A stretch of DNA of 64,000 nt, from positions 28,388 through 92,387 of IMG/VR virus record IMGVR_UViG_3300006752_000018; one strand, written 5' to 3'. This document shows, one piece after another, positions 37,801-46,400 of the stretch (its first letter is position 1; every line of letters starts with the position of its first letter). This DNA comes from a virus. The position numbers were made by a program, and so were the translations under genes. The notes beneath the pieces are model-generated. The model made no database searches. It was not told the origin of the DNA and saw nothing but the letters and a program-made list of their open reading frames with translations.

Positions 37801-40800
37801 GGAGTAAATTATGTAACAGGCGATCAGATATTAATAGATGGCACATCATTAGCAGGGCAATCTGGTACAAATGATCTACTTATTACTGTTACAGGGATTG
37901 ATACAGGTACAGGAGCAATTACAAATGTATCTTCAACAGGTACCGGTGCAGCAGAAGATGCAACTTATACTTCGTTTACTGCTACATATGCAGGTGCTAG
38001 TGGAATAGATGCCCAGTTTATTGTAATACAAGCAGGCGCTACGTATACAGCACAAGTAACAAATCCTGGTTCTGGTTATGTCATTAATGAAACTTTTTTA
38101 ATTGACGGAACTGAATTAGGAGGCACAAGTCCAGCTAATGATTGTACAATCACAATTAATACATTAGGTACTAATGATAGTATTGATACTATTACTACTA
38201 CTGGTACAGCACTTGACTCGTATGCAATATCTAATGCTAGTGGTCAAAACGTTTATGGTCAAAATGCACAATTTAGGATAACAGAAAGCGCAGGGTCTTA
38301 TTCATTACAAATTATTAATGGCGGAGAATATTTTACTACATCATCTGTAATTACAATACTTGGCCCTGTGGTACGCGGAACGAATGCTAATGACGCAACT
38401 ATATCTGTCACGGGTGTAACTGCAACTGGTGAAATTACAGCAGCAAATATTACAGGTACGCCTGCAGATTTAAGAGGCACAGGTTATGCAATAGGTGACG
38501 TAATAATAATTGCAGGTGATCAATTAGGTGGTCAAGCTGCTGTCAACGATTGTTCAATTACTGTTAGTACAATTGGTGCTAATGGAGAAATTACATCAGT
38601 ATCTGAAACAGGAACAGCAACCGACGGGTTTGCAAGTTATGATAATGTAGTTTATAGCACACCATCTAACGGTATAAATGCTTCACTTCAAGTTTCACGC
38701 ATAGGAACTACATATAGCGTTAATATTAATGGTGGAGGCTCAGGCTGGAGTATTGGCGATACATTAGATATTTTAGGTACTGCATTAGGCGGAACTTCGC
38801 CTGCAAATAACTTAGTTGTAACTGTTGCTACAATTGACGGTAACGGTGGAATAACTGACACAAATATATCAGGTACTGCGGCTAACACAGAAATACTGCC
38901 TGCAATAGAAGGAATAAACGAAGCGGGTACAGGAGCAGGATTTGATATTACAAATACTGCAACCGTATATACACTAGATTTAATTTCAAATCCAGGTGAG
39001 GGTTATTCTGTTGGTAATCAAATTGTTATATCTGGTGTTGAATTGGGCGGTGCTTCTCCTGCAAATGACTTTACTATTACAGTATCAACAGTTAACGGTA
39101 CTGGTGGCATAACTGCTGTTACAACAAGTGGTACAGGTGGTAATGGATCTGGTACTTATACTGCGTTAGTACCCCAATATGCTCAATTTAATGGTGTCAG
39201 TGCAACTTTTGATATCCAGCGAACTGTATCAAATTACGTAGTTATTCCAAACAATGCTGGTACAGGATATCTAGTAGGTAATACATTAATTGTTCCAGGT
39301 AGCGATGTAGGCGGTGATGGCGGCACAAACGATGTAACAATTGTAGTTGAAAGTATAGACGGGACAGGTGGAATCACTAATGTAAGTACTAGTGGAACAG
39401 TTACATCATCCGCTGCATTAGAATTTTATAGCACTGTTACAATGACTGAGGTATTAACTGCTCCATTAGCAGCAGCAGTAAATGTTGCGTTTGAACAACT
39501 TGCAACAATTGAAATAGACTTTGATGGACCGCATGGTATTGTTCCAGGTGCAACTGTTATTGCTACAATAACAAGCGATGACGGAAGTAACGAACATGCA
39601 TTAGCTGCTGGATCGTTTATTGCAACAAGTATACCTACTAATACAAGATTATCATATCAGGCTAGAACAGCAGGTACAATTGACACAGGTATTGAAAATG
39701 CTAACGCAGTAACTGGAGCTGTCTACTTAAGACCAGACAGCTTTTTTATTCATAGACCGTATGACGGCGGTGTTCAATTAGGAACCGGTGGTCCGCAGCA
39801 CGGTGCTCAAGCAATACGTCAAAGTAAAAACTATATCCGTTACCAATCAGGTAAAGGTATTATGTATACAACTGGTGCACTTTTTGCACCTAGTTACGAT
39901 ATTTTAAATATGTCAGCAACAAGTGCTAATATTGGATCGTTAATTACAGTAGAAATTGATGACGCTGATCACGGATTACAAGTAGGAGGCGGCATAGAAA
40001 TACTAGGAGTCGAAACTGCTGGATATGACGGTTTGTATACTGTAACAGATGTTGTTAATGAAAGAGTGTTTAAAGTAACTGCACAAACACAATTAGGTTC
40101 AAGATTGCCTACATTAAGTGAAAGCTGTCAAGTTAGTATTAAATATTGGCACGGTGCAACTGTTAGAGCAGGAGCTTATGATGATCAAAACGGAATCTTT
40201 TGGGAGTATGACGGAAATAATTTACTTGTTGTACAAAGAAGTAGTACGTTCCAAATTGCAGGATTAGTATCGATTGATCCTGATAAAAACCTAGTTACAG
40301 GAACTAGTACAAGATTTAAAGACCAGCTTAAAGCAGGTGATAGAGTTGTATTAAAAGGCATGACACATGTAGTGAGTCAAATTGATAGTCAAACTCAAAT
40401 GTCTCTAACACCTGATTATAGAGGTGTTAGACCGGCAGTAAATGCAAAATTATGTTTAGTAAAAGATAAAAAGGTAAAACAAAAAGATTTCAATTTAGAT
40501 AAAGTTGATGGCACTGGTCAAAGTGCATACAATGTTGATATATCAAAAATGCAAATGATCGGTATTCAGTATAGTTGGTATGGTGCTGGATTTATAGATT
40601 ACATGATACGTGGAGCCGATGGTAACTTTATTTTCACTCACAGAATGCGTAATTCAAACATTAACACAGAAGCGTTTATGAGATCTGGTAACTTACCGGT
40701 GCGTTATGAAGTGACAAATGAGGGACCAAACGGAAAACTAGCAGACGGAATAGATAATGCACAAACATCTATACCTTTAGAAGATGCTTCCTTCTTTCCA

Positions 40801-42180
40801 GAATTAGGTGCAACAATTTATATTGATAATGAAATTATAACATATACAGGCATTGACGGTAATAATTTAACTGGATGCACAAGAGGAACAAACTTAATTA
40901 ATTATCAAGCAGGCGCTCAACGTACCTACACAGCAGGCCCTGCAGCAGCACATACTAGAAGAACAGGTGTTATTATAATTAGTAACACGATTACACCTAT
41001 TATTAGTCACTGGGGTTCAGCGTTTATTACAGACGGCGGATTTGACGAAGATCGCGGATATATCTTTAGTTATGCTTCTACGGGAGTTGAAATTTCTACT
41101 ACAAGACAAACGGCATTCTTAATTAGACTAGCACCTAGTGTTTCTAATGCTATTACTGGAGACTTAGGAGATAGAGAGCTTCTTAACAGAGCACAGTTAC
41201 TTCTAAACGGTATTGAGGTTACATCTGATCCTTTGGGTTCTACAGATACAGGTGGTATTATTGTTGAAGGCGTTCTAAATCCTCAAAACTATCCAGAAGC
41301 ACCAGGAGACGTACAATGGGTATCTTTGAATACACAAGCTGAAGGCGGACAGCCCTCCTTTGCCCAGGTTGTAGCAGGTGCTGGTATTAACTGGGGTGTC
41401 GGAGCTGCTGTTACAGAAAGTGCTTCTACTGTAGCAGTTGGTATAACACTTACAGCAACTACCACAGCATATAGCCAAAATAACCAGTTTGTTTTTATAC
41501 CATCATCTCCTGTCGTTCCTATCGAAGCAGGCATGATTATAACCGGTAATAACAATAATGGCCAATCAGTGTTTAGAAATAATACTGTTGTAAATTCTGT
41601 ACAACGAAACAACGCAAACGTATGGTTTGGCAGCGGCTCTGCCCGAGCTGATAGACTAATTTTAAACCAAAGGCTGGAAAGAAGTTATTCTTATGGCTTC
41701 ACATCAACGCTTACATATCCTGCACCTGATGGAGTAACAACAACATTATTATTTACAGAATCAAACTTTTTAGCTACAGGTGCAACAACTGGTACTCCTG
41801 TTGCAGTGTCTGATGCAAACTTTCCTGCTGGTACAATTATATCTAGTATAGAATCAATTAATCTAGATGGTACTCTTTATTCAAAAGTTACACTTAACCA
41901 GGCCTCGTTTAGTACCTTTGCAGCAGGAGACAGTGTCACATTTGATCTTACTGCGGCGGCTTTTGCTAAACCTGGAGAAACTATCTTTAAGTTTATTGCT
42001 GTTCCTGGAGAGCGTTCAGAACTAGATCTTTCACCGATCAAAGAACTTACAAACACAAGTTTAGGTGGTAGAGGAACGTTTCCAAACGGTCCTGACGTGT
42101 TAGCTATTAATATACGTAAGACAAGTGGTGCAGCGATTGAAGGAAATGTTATTCTGAAGTGGGGAGAAGCTCAGGCGTAG
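34822..42180 (+). CDS. Very large (2452 aa) virion structural protein with nested globin-like inserts and 8 beta repeats
   Basis: ILLITNV...IY.F.DP, DADFEYGLQPTKW, RYQSGKG, YSWYGAG motifs typical of T4-like marine phage structural proteins; GSGY..GD...I.G..LGG.SPAND repeats. Confidence 0.75.
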   Translation: MSKKKLSTYIFNPGRGVLENVVPNAYSLIESNKEYIKDEAVEYINYRIALDTGNDDNPDASAQLAANNNWIKRELKEWIQTEADAAQLSYTPTDASYTGATGVLNITIGSHSLSVGDKIKIAIGGITFTCEKDNNATLHPYPRESGVANITGNDPYAHNLIEITATDATSITMNVGISSDTSVHTFFSALDDAVSTPFYDYTYNEEFWDTLLDDIVDGIKFDVRYGGTYSTNAATRLLWDDETSLVAGNRAPLQLVFDELENIYNNYVLQNVLKTPVLQTEIIQTQAGSPSEAGVSTKISNFILTIQQTLINGVDSVPNDTYGYAFAEYTYNEYKCERDIGYVIDAYLHDLRYTGNKSTYEVSSFYWKQGVPQVDGNRLPEVETHQFIETLLNDYILLNTAFTTRQDPVRSSQAIDLTKSTEVGVVSSITTLRTLLTDVILNGVESLPTKVNGLGTIRVQGRFREEDILLITNVSKGEVIYTFNDPGKIADVEFLKDTDVDASIEEEFSSFSQTADTITSIKLYYSTATHTSTDRLQIFVEDKEIRTRPFDFGTDAIERNRVANAQSMLDADFEYGLQPTKWQAIGMQRGYPSIYEVPGTELNVISVVTDASIATSGIGSSLITVTTTAPHDFNPGEPFTIKGLGGTALGIGRAEGSFVVNGIPTSTTFNYYAKSKVGINTGEVLSTYYTQLRKAGFYTGAAVGSPTFSIASQGSAGTFTTSLSHPTGSDTITVNGTIPELGAPLVQQGALPYSVPTGSQVTGSIGDGSGVQVTAGTAEDILQGENSFDVIDTSGIVVGMAIDLGDGSAGIVTTIQGTTVNLDRPLTANRAGSDVTYEDLAASLQTATIGTNATFNVSRSAGTYTTTINNAGSGYVVNDVLEISGNLLAGQNPANNIYIRVTTIGSSGEILTFDESGVAAPADGSFTGLSGILQSGVGTGAFFDITKTNNVYSAAAASLDELVNGFDPAPLGANATFTINVSAGAYSVIIETGGVNYVTGDQILIDGTSLAGQSGTNDLLITVTGIDTGTGAITNVSSTGTGAAEDATYTSFTATYAGASGIDAQFIVIQAGATYTAQVTNPGSGYVINETFLIDGTELGGTSPANDCTITINTLGTNDSIDTITTTGTALDSYAISNASGQNVYGQNAQFRITESAGSYSLQIINGGEYFTTSSVITILGPVVRGTNANDATISVTGVTATGEITAANITGTPADLRGTGYAIGDVIIIAGDQLGGQAAVNDCSITVSTIGANGEITSVSETGTATDGFASYDNVVYSTPSNGINASLQVSRIGTTYSVNINGGGSGWSIGDTLDILGTALGGTSPANNLVVTVATIDGNGGITDTNISGTAANTEILPAIEGINEAGTGAGFDITNTATVYTLDLISNPGEGYSVGNQIVISGVELGGASPANDFTITVSTVNGTGGITAVTTSGTGGNGSGTYTALVPQYAQFNGVSATFDIQRTVSNYVVIPNNAGTGYLVGNTLIVPGSDVGGDGGTNDVTIVVESIDGTGGITNVSTSGTVTSSAALEFYSTVTMTEVLTAPLAAAVNVAFEQLATIEIDFDGPHGIVPGATVIATITSDDGSNEHALAAGSFIATSIPTNTRLSYQARTAGTIDTGIENANAVTGAVYLRPDSFFIHRPYDGGVQLGTGGPQHGAQAIRQSKNYIRYQSGKGIMYTTGALFAPSYDILNMSATSANIGSLITVEIDDADHGLQVGGGIEILGVETAGYDGLYTVTDVVNERVFKVTAQTQLGSRLPTLSESCQVSIKYWHGATVRAGAYDDQNGIFWEYDGNNLLVVQRSSTFQIAGLVSIDPDKNLVTGTSTRFKDQLKAGDRVVLKGMTHVVSQIDSQTQMSLTPDYRGVRPAVNAKLCLVKDKKVKQKDFNLDKVDGTGQSAYNVDISKMQMIGIQYSWYGAGFIDYMIRGADGNFIFTHRMRNSNINTEAFMRSGNLPVRYEVTNEGPNGKLADGIDNAQTSIPLEDASFFPELGATIYIDNEIITYTGIDGNNLTGCTRGTNLINYQAGAQRTYTAGPAAAHTRRTGVIIISNTITPIISHWGSAFITDGGFDEDRGYIFSYASTGVEISTTRQTAFLIRLAPSVSNAITGDLGDRELLNRAQLLLNGIEVTSDPLGSTDTGGIIVEGVLNPQNYPEAPGDVQWVSLNTQAEGGQPSFAQVVAGAGINWGVGAAVTESASTVAVGITLTATTTAYSQNNQFVFIPSSPVVPIEAGMIITGNNNNGQSVFRNNTVVNSVQRNNANVWFGSGSARADRLILNQRLERSYSYGFTSTLTYPAPDGVTTTLLFTESNFLATGATTGTPVAVSDANFPAGTIISSIESINLDGTLYSKVTLNQASFSTFAAGDSVTFDLTAAAFAKPGETIFKFIAVPGERSELDLSPIKELTNTSLGGRGTFPNGPDVLAINIRKTSGAAIEGNVILKWGEAQA

Positions 42181-42547
42181 CAGTTTGGCTATCTCCTGGA
42201 AACACTCTATAGTTATCTTCAACGGAATCTGGAGTTGATACTTCGGTAATCGAACTTCCTGCTTGTATACATTCAAGTTGGTGTGGTTGTAAAGGCGGAT
42301 TATGCCAGACATCGCCTTCTTTAAGCTCTTGCATATTCATTTTTGCAGTTTTTGTGTCAATCCAGCGAACAATAAAGCGGCCGTTATTAACAAACCATGT
42401 TTCGTCCTTCTCTTTGTGAAAATGCATAGAGAATTTAGCACCAACTTTCTCAAAAACCATGATTTTACCACAATATTTTTCATTTGTGGCCCAGATTAGT
42501 TCAAAACCCCATCCTTTTTCTACTTTTCCTTCAAGTCTTGTTGCCAT
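42149..42547 (-). CDS. Cupin protein (mannose-6-P isomerase-like/sugar isomerase)
   Basis: KGWG.E.IW, FSMHFHKEKDETW, PPLQPHQL, EVST.D..EDNYR. Confidence 0.8.
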   Translation of the reverse strand: MATRLEGKVEKGWGFELIWATNEKYCGKIMVFEKVGAKFSMHFHKEKDETWFVNNGRFIVRWIDTKTAKMNMQELKEGDVWHNPPLQPHQLECIQAGSSITEVSTPDSVEDNYRVFPGDSQTATPELLPTSE

Positions 42548-43361
42548 TTTTCATCCATTCATAAGGTGTAGTGAATTTAAAGTCACCAATTGTGTTTAAA
42601 AGTTTAGTATTGTCACTACAAGTGTATTCTTGGTACTGACCATGCAGCGATGCTGGCATTTCTACCTCTTTTATAGGTACTCCCATGTGCTCGGACATGA
42701 ATTTTGCCACAGCGCCGATACTTTCTGCATGACCACTACCTATATTCCATATACCACTTTCGTCAATATCTAAGAATTTTTCGGTAATTTTACAAATATC
42801 ACCAACATATATAAAATCACGGTAATAATTGTCCGAATTTTGAAAAGGTTGTATTGATCCATTAAATGCTTGTTTACGAAATTGGTGAAAAATACTAGCC
42901 TGCGGTCCTTTATGGTCTTCATACTCACCAAAAACATTGAAATACCTAAAACCTTGTACCCTACATCCAAACTCAGATACATCTGCTGAAGTAACAATTC
43001 TATCAAAGAGGTATTTTGACCATGCATAAGGCGATTTAGGTAAACAAGGTGATGTTTCTTTACAGTCTTTCAAAGGACCGTATACACTTGCACTAGAAGC
43101 ATACATTAAATTTGTTCCGTAATTTTCGCATAGTCCTAACAACCTTGTAGAAAAGTCTAAATTTTGCTCCATCACTGCTTCAACGTCAGTACAAGTTGTT
43201 TCACTAATTGCACCTAGATGAATAATTTGATCGTAAAAATCAACAGCCGGTAAGGTATTTGTAATCCAGTCAAAGCCTTCTACTTCATGGCCTTGTGAAT
43301 GTAAATATCTACCTAAATTTTGTGCTATAAATCCTTTATAGCCTGTAATTAATATTTTCAT
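42531..43361 (-). CDS. hldD: ADP-L-glycero-D-manno-heptose 6-epimerase (extended SDR)
   Basis: ITG..GFI, HLGAIS.T, YASSASVYG, P.SPYAWSK.LFD, RYFNVFG..E.HKG..AS, RDFIYV.D, YQEYT..D; adjacent to hldE. Confidence 0.85.
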   Translation of the reverse strand: MKILITGYKGFIAQNLGRYLHSQGHEVEGFDWITNTLPAVDFYDQIIHLGAISETTCTDVEAVMEQNLDFSTRLLGLCENYGTNLMYASSASVYGPLKDCKETSPCLPKSPYAWSKYLFDRIVTSADVSEFGCRVQGFRYFNVFGEYEDHKGPQASIFHQFRKQAFNGSIQPFQNSDNYYRDFIYVGDICKITEKFLDIDESGIWNIGSGHAESIGAVAKFMSEHMGVPIKEVEMPASLHGQYQEYTCSDNTKLLNTIGDFKFTTPYEWMKNGNKT

Positions 43362-44499
43362 TTGTATTCTCTATAATATTTGTAGTTGAATAACCTTGAA
43401 CTGTAGGTATAATATGCACAGGTGCCAAATCATGCCCTACAATTTCATCAACTTTGTAGTCTCCGCCTTTTACAATAAGGTCAGGGTTTATTTTTTTTAT
43501 TAAATTATACGGAGTGTCTTCGTCAAACAATATAACTTCATCTACCCAGTCTAAAATTTCTAATTGTTCTAATCTTGTTTGTTGATTATTTACAGGGCGA
43601 CTAGGTCCTTTAAGTTTCTTAACACTATTATCAGTGTTTAAACCTACAATTAATTTATCCCCTAAATTTCTTGCTTTTTTTAATAATGTTAAATGACCTT
43701 TATGCAGTATATCAAAACATCCGTTTGTAAAAATTATGCGTTTTTGTAAATCAGTTTCTTTTAAGATATATGTACCAGCATGTTTAACGCTTTCAGTAGA
43801 TCCTTTTACAGCAACCTCTAAACATTTCTTATACGGATATCCTTTTGTTAATCCGTATACAAATGCAGCCATAAAACAATCTCCTGCACCAGTAACATCT
43901 GATACTTCAACTGTTTCTACAGAAACTTTATATTCTTTATTGTCTATTGTAGCAAAAACACTATGTCCTGCATCAGTAGTAATGATATTACCTTGCCATT
44001 CGTCAAACTCAAACTTAGTATATTCACTGTTATTAGGTTTTATTAACCAAGCATCTTCGTAGTCGTGTGCATACCGTTTTGGATCAACAATCACTTTAGG
44101 ACCTTGACTATTAATATGAGCAATAATTTGCTTTGCATTATCTAGTACACCTTTGTCGTAATCGCTTAGAATAACATAATCGTATTCTGAAAAATCACTG
44201 CATAACACTTCGTCTAAAACTACATTTGATTTTGCATTTTTATCTTTATCAATACGAGTTATATAATGACCGTCGCAAATTATACGTGTCTTTATACTAC
44301 ATGGTTGATTATGTTCGAATAAACTAACATCAACACCTAAACTTTTTAAGTTTTCATAAACAAGACCTGCACCACCTAATGTCTCTTTTTCTTCTGAATA
44401 TGTGATTACAGGAACAGGTGCTTCTGGACTAATTCGAGAACTAGTACCATAAACATATTTGTCTATTATAATATCACCTAAAACTAATACTTTTGACAT
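43336..44499 (-). CDS. hldE: Bifunctional heptose kinase / ADP-heptose synthase
   Basis: RISPEAPVPV, SDYDKG, VDPK, DVTGAGD (PfkB kinase) plus FTNGCFDILHKGH, VGLNTD.SV..LKG..RP, VKGGDY, STT.I. Confidence 0.92.
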   Translation of the reverse strand: MSKVLVLGDIIIDKYVYGTSSRISPEAPVPVITYSEEKETLGGAGLVYENLKSLGVDVSLFEHNQPCSIKTRIICDGHYITRIDKDKNAKSNVVLDEVLCSDFSEYDYVILSDYDKGVLDNAKQIIAHINSQGPKVIVDPKRYAHDYEDAWLIKPNNSEYTKFEFDEWQGNIITTDAGHSVFATIDNKEYKVSVETVEVSDVTGAGDCFMAAFVYGLTKGYPYKKCLEVAVKGSTESVKHAGTYILKETDLQKRIIFTNGCFDILHKGHLTLLKKARNLGDKLIVGLNTDNSVKKLKGPSRPVNNQQTRLEQLEILDWVDEVILFDEDTPYNLIKKINPDLIVKGGDYKVDEIVGHDLAPVHIIPTVQGYSTTNIIENTNENINYRL

Positions 44500-44504
44500 A
44501 ATTA

Positions 44505-44533
44505 ATTATAACATTCTTATTAAGATTCGTCAA
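44505..44533 (-). promoter_or_regulatory. Sigma70-type promoter for the hldE-hldD-cupin operon
   Basis: Minus strand TTGACG-17 nt-TATAAT with extended TG; ATG lies 5 nt downstream of the -10. Confidence 0.75.
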
Positions 44534-44963
44534 GTAAAGATATTACTTGAAATACAGTGCGTAATTTTGTTTGGTTTACCTTACTTTGAAGTGTATTTCT
44601 AAGGCCATGATGTAACGGCTTAGGCCACATACCAAAAGATACCCATGCATAACCGTCATGTTCACTGTTTAAATTAGGTATGAATTCTTCATTTATAACA
44701 CACAAATAGGTGTGAAAATGAAAATGTTCGTCATTACTAACAAAACTTTCTAAAGGAATAGTTTTCCTTATGTTTGGCATTTCGCCTATTTCTTCTATTA
44801 TTTCACGTTTTAAGCCTTCAAATGGGGTTTCTCCGGCTTCGTTGCCACCACCTACTAGTCCCCAAAGATTGTTCTTTTTACCATTTGCTCTATGCAATAG
44901 TAAAAATCTTTCAGTTTCTTTGGCAAAAATTAAGGCTCCGCTACATACTATATCTGCTTTCAT
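44520..44963 (-). CDS. NUDIX hydrolase
   Basis: WGLVGGGNEAGETPFEGLKREIIEEIG Nudix box; LNSEHDGYAW. Confidence 0.9.
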   Translation of the reverse strand: MKADIVCSGALIFAKETERFLLLHRANGKKNNLWGLVGGGNEAGETPFEGLKREIIEEIGEMPNIRKTIPLESFVSNDEHFHFHTYLCVINEEFIPNLNSEHDGYAWVSFGMWPKPLHHGLRNTLQSKVNQTKLRTVFQVISLLDES

Positions 44964-44975
44964 ATAGTATATATT

Positions 44976-46400
44976 TTAAAGTACGATTCTCCAGGTTCCA
45001 ACCTGGTATTCTCCTTCAAAGGATTTAACCCATTCAACTCCGTTATACTTGTATTGAACGCCAGTATTTAAGTTTGAAGTATATGTTAAATTAGATGTTT
45101 CAGCAGAGTCAAAAACAACACTCCAACTTGATCCGTCCCATTCAACAATATCGTTTACATTTGCAGTAAGATAAGAACTATCAGCATTTTGCCAGGCACT
45201 TGGCCCTTCGCCTCCTGTATGAGGTCCTATTGCTGATAAAAGTAATAATCTAACACCGCTTGATTTGATTGCTGTTGGATCATAATTTGAAGGATCTATA
45301 ATATAGTCTATTTTTGACTTAGATTGCAGTGGACTAGTAATGATGCTATCTGTAGGAACTGTATCTTCGTCAAAATCTAATATCAAACGTTTGGTATTTG
45401 TTGCGTCTAATGTAAAAGTTGCAACTACATCACCATCTATATCAGATCTACGTAAAAATAGTTTACTAATTCCTGCTCTATAAGGACCTGCAAATTGTTC
45501 AAACATAGGTTGCCAATCTATTTCGCCTACCGTTGCTCCTTCTACTATTAAAGCAGTATTGTTTAGTACAACAATATTATAATTATTATAATTTACGTTT
45601 GCTAATGCATCAACATCGCCTCTTATGGCTTTACGATCTTCACCGTTCCTATTTTCACTTGTTGCAGCTAACGGATTGTTTTGATAAGCATCTAACGTAG
45701 GTCGTGCCTCGCCAAAGTCAATTACTCCTGCTTCTTCATTAAAAATACTTGTAATAATATTTGTAATTACACCAAGTCTTTTAACTTTTGCAGGCGGACT
45801 TATAAACACCGGAGTTGTAAAGCTAATAGAACCTACATCTATTTCACTATCTACCCCTACAGGTATAGATCTATTACTCCAGTTAATATTTTCTAAATGC
45901 ACTACACTTAAACTTGTCCAATCTACGTAATTATCAGTAGTTTGTATTTCTAAACTTGGATTAAACAAACACAATATTTGCTCCATAATTTGTAACTTTT
46001 GATCAGTGTTTGTACTCCATATATCGACATTTACACTTAATATATAAGGAACTGGCATTATACGTTCTACAGTATATGCATTACCCTGTTCGTCGCCATA
46101 TGTATTTGTAGCTGGATCGTACTCTCTTTCACGTACATTTACTTTACTTACATAACTTTGGTCACTTGTTCTTGACCTGTCCATTTCTAAACCAGTAATA
46201 TACACGGCCATTCTAGGAGCACTAGGTATTTTATTTTCTGAATTGTCTCTAAGGAGGCTAGATACTTGTCTAGTCATATCACCATACATAACAGGAATGC
46301 TGGTAAATTGTCCTTTGTTATCCTGATATTGAAAATTACTCATTAACCGTATAATTTGTGTAAGATAACGCCTTATTTGTCCGTCATAAAAATGTTGCAT
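44976..46400 (-). CDS. gp15-like tail sheath stabilizer / tail completion protein
   Basis: HFYD.QIRRY, IPVMYG, PRMA, MPVPY.L...VDIW..N.DQ.LQIMEQIL..FNP. Confidence 0.75.
   Translation of the reverse strand: MQHFYDGQIRRYLTQIIRLMSNFQYQDNKGQFTSIPVMYGDMTRQVSSLLRDNSENKIPSAPRMAVYITGLEMDRSRTSDQSYVSKVNVREREYDPATNTYGDEQGNAYTVERIMPVPYILSVNVDIWSTNTDQKLQIMEQILCLFNPSLEIQTTDNYVDWTSLSVVHLENINWSNRSIPVGVDSEIDVGSISFTTPVFISPPAKVKRLGVITNIITSIFNEEAGVIDFGEARPTLDAYQNNPLAATSENRNGEDRKAIRGDVDALANVNYNNYNIVVLNNTALIVEGATVGEIDWQPMFEQFAGPYRAGISKLFLRRSDIDGDVVATFTLDATNTKRLILDFDEDTVPTDSIITSPLQSKSKIDYIIDPSNYDPTAIKSSGVRLLLLSAIGPHTGGEGPSAWQNADSSYLTANVNDIVEWDGSSWSVVFDSAETSNLTYTSNLNTGVQYKYNGVEWVKSFEGEYQVGTWRIVL

Noticed and set aside
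3-42180. HxH iron-binding motifs of T4 gp37-type fibre tips
   Set aside because: No repeated HxH pattern was found in these fibre proteins.
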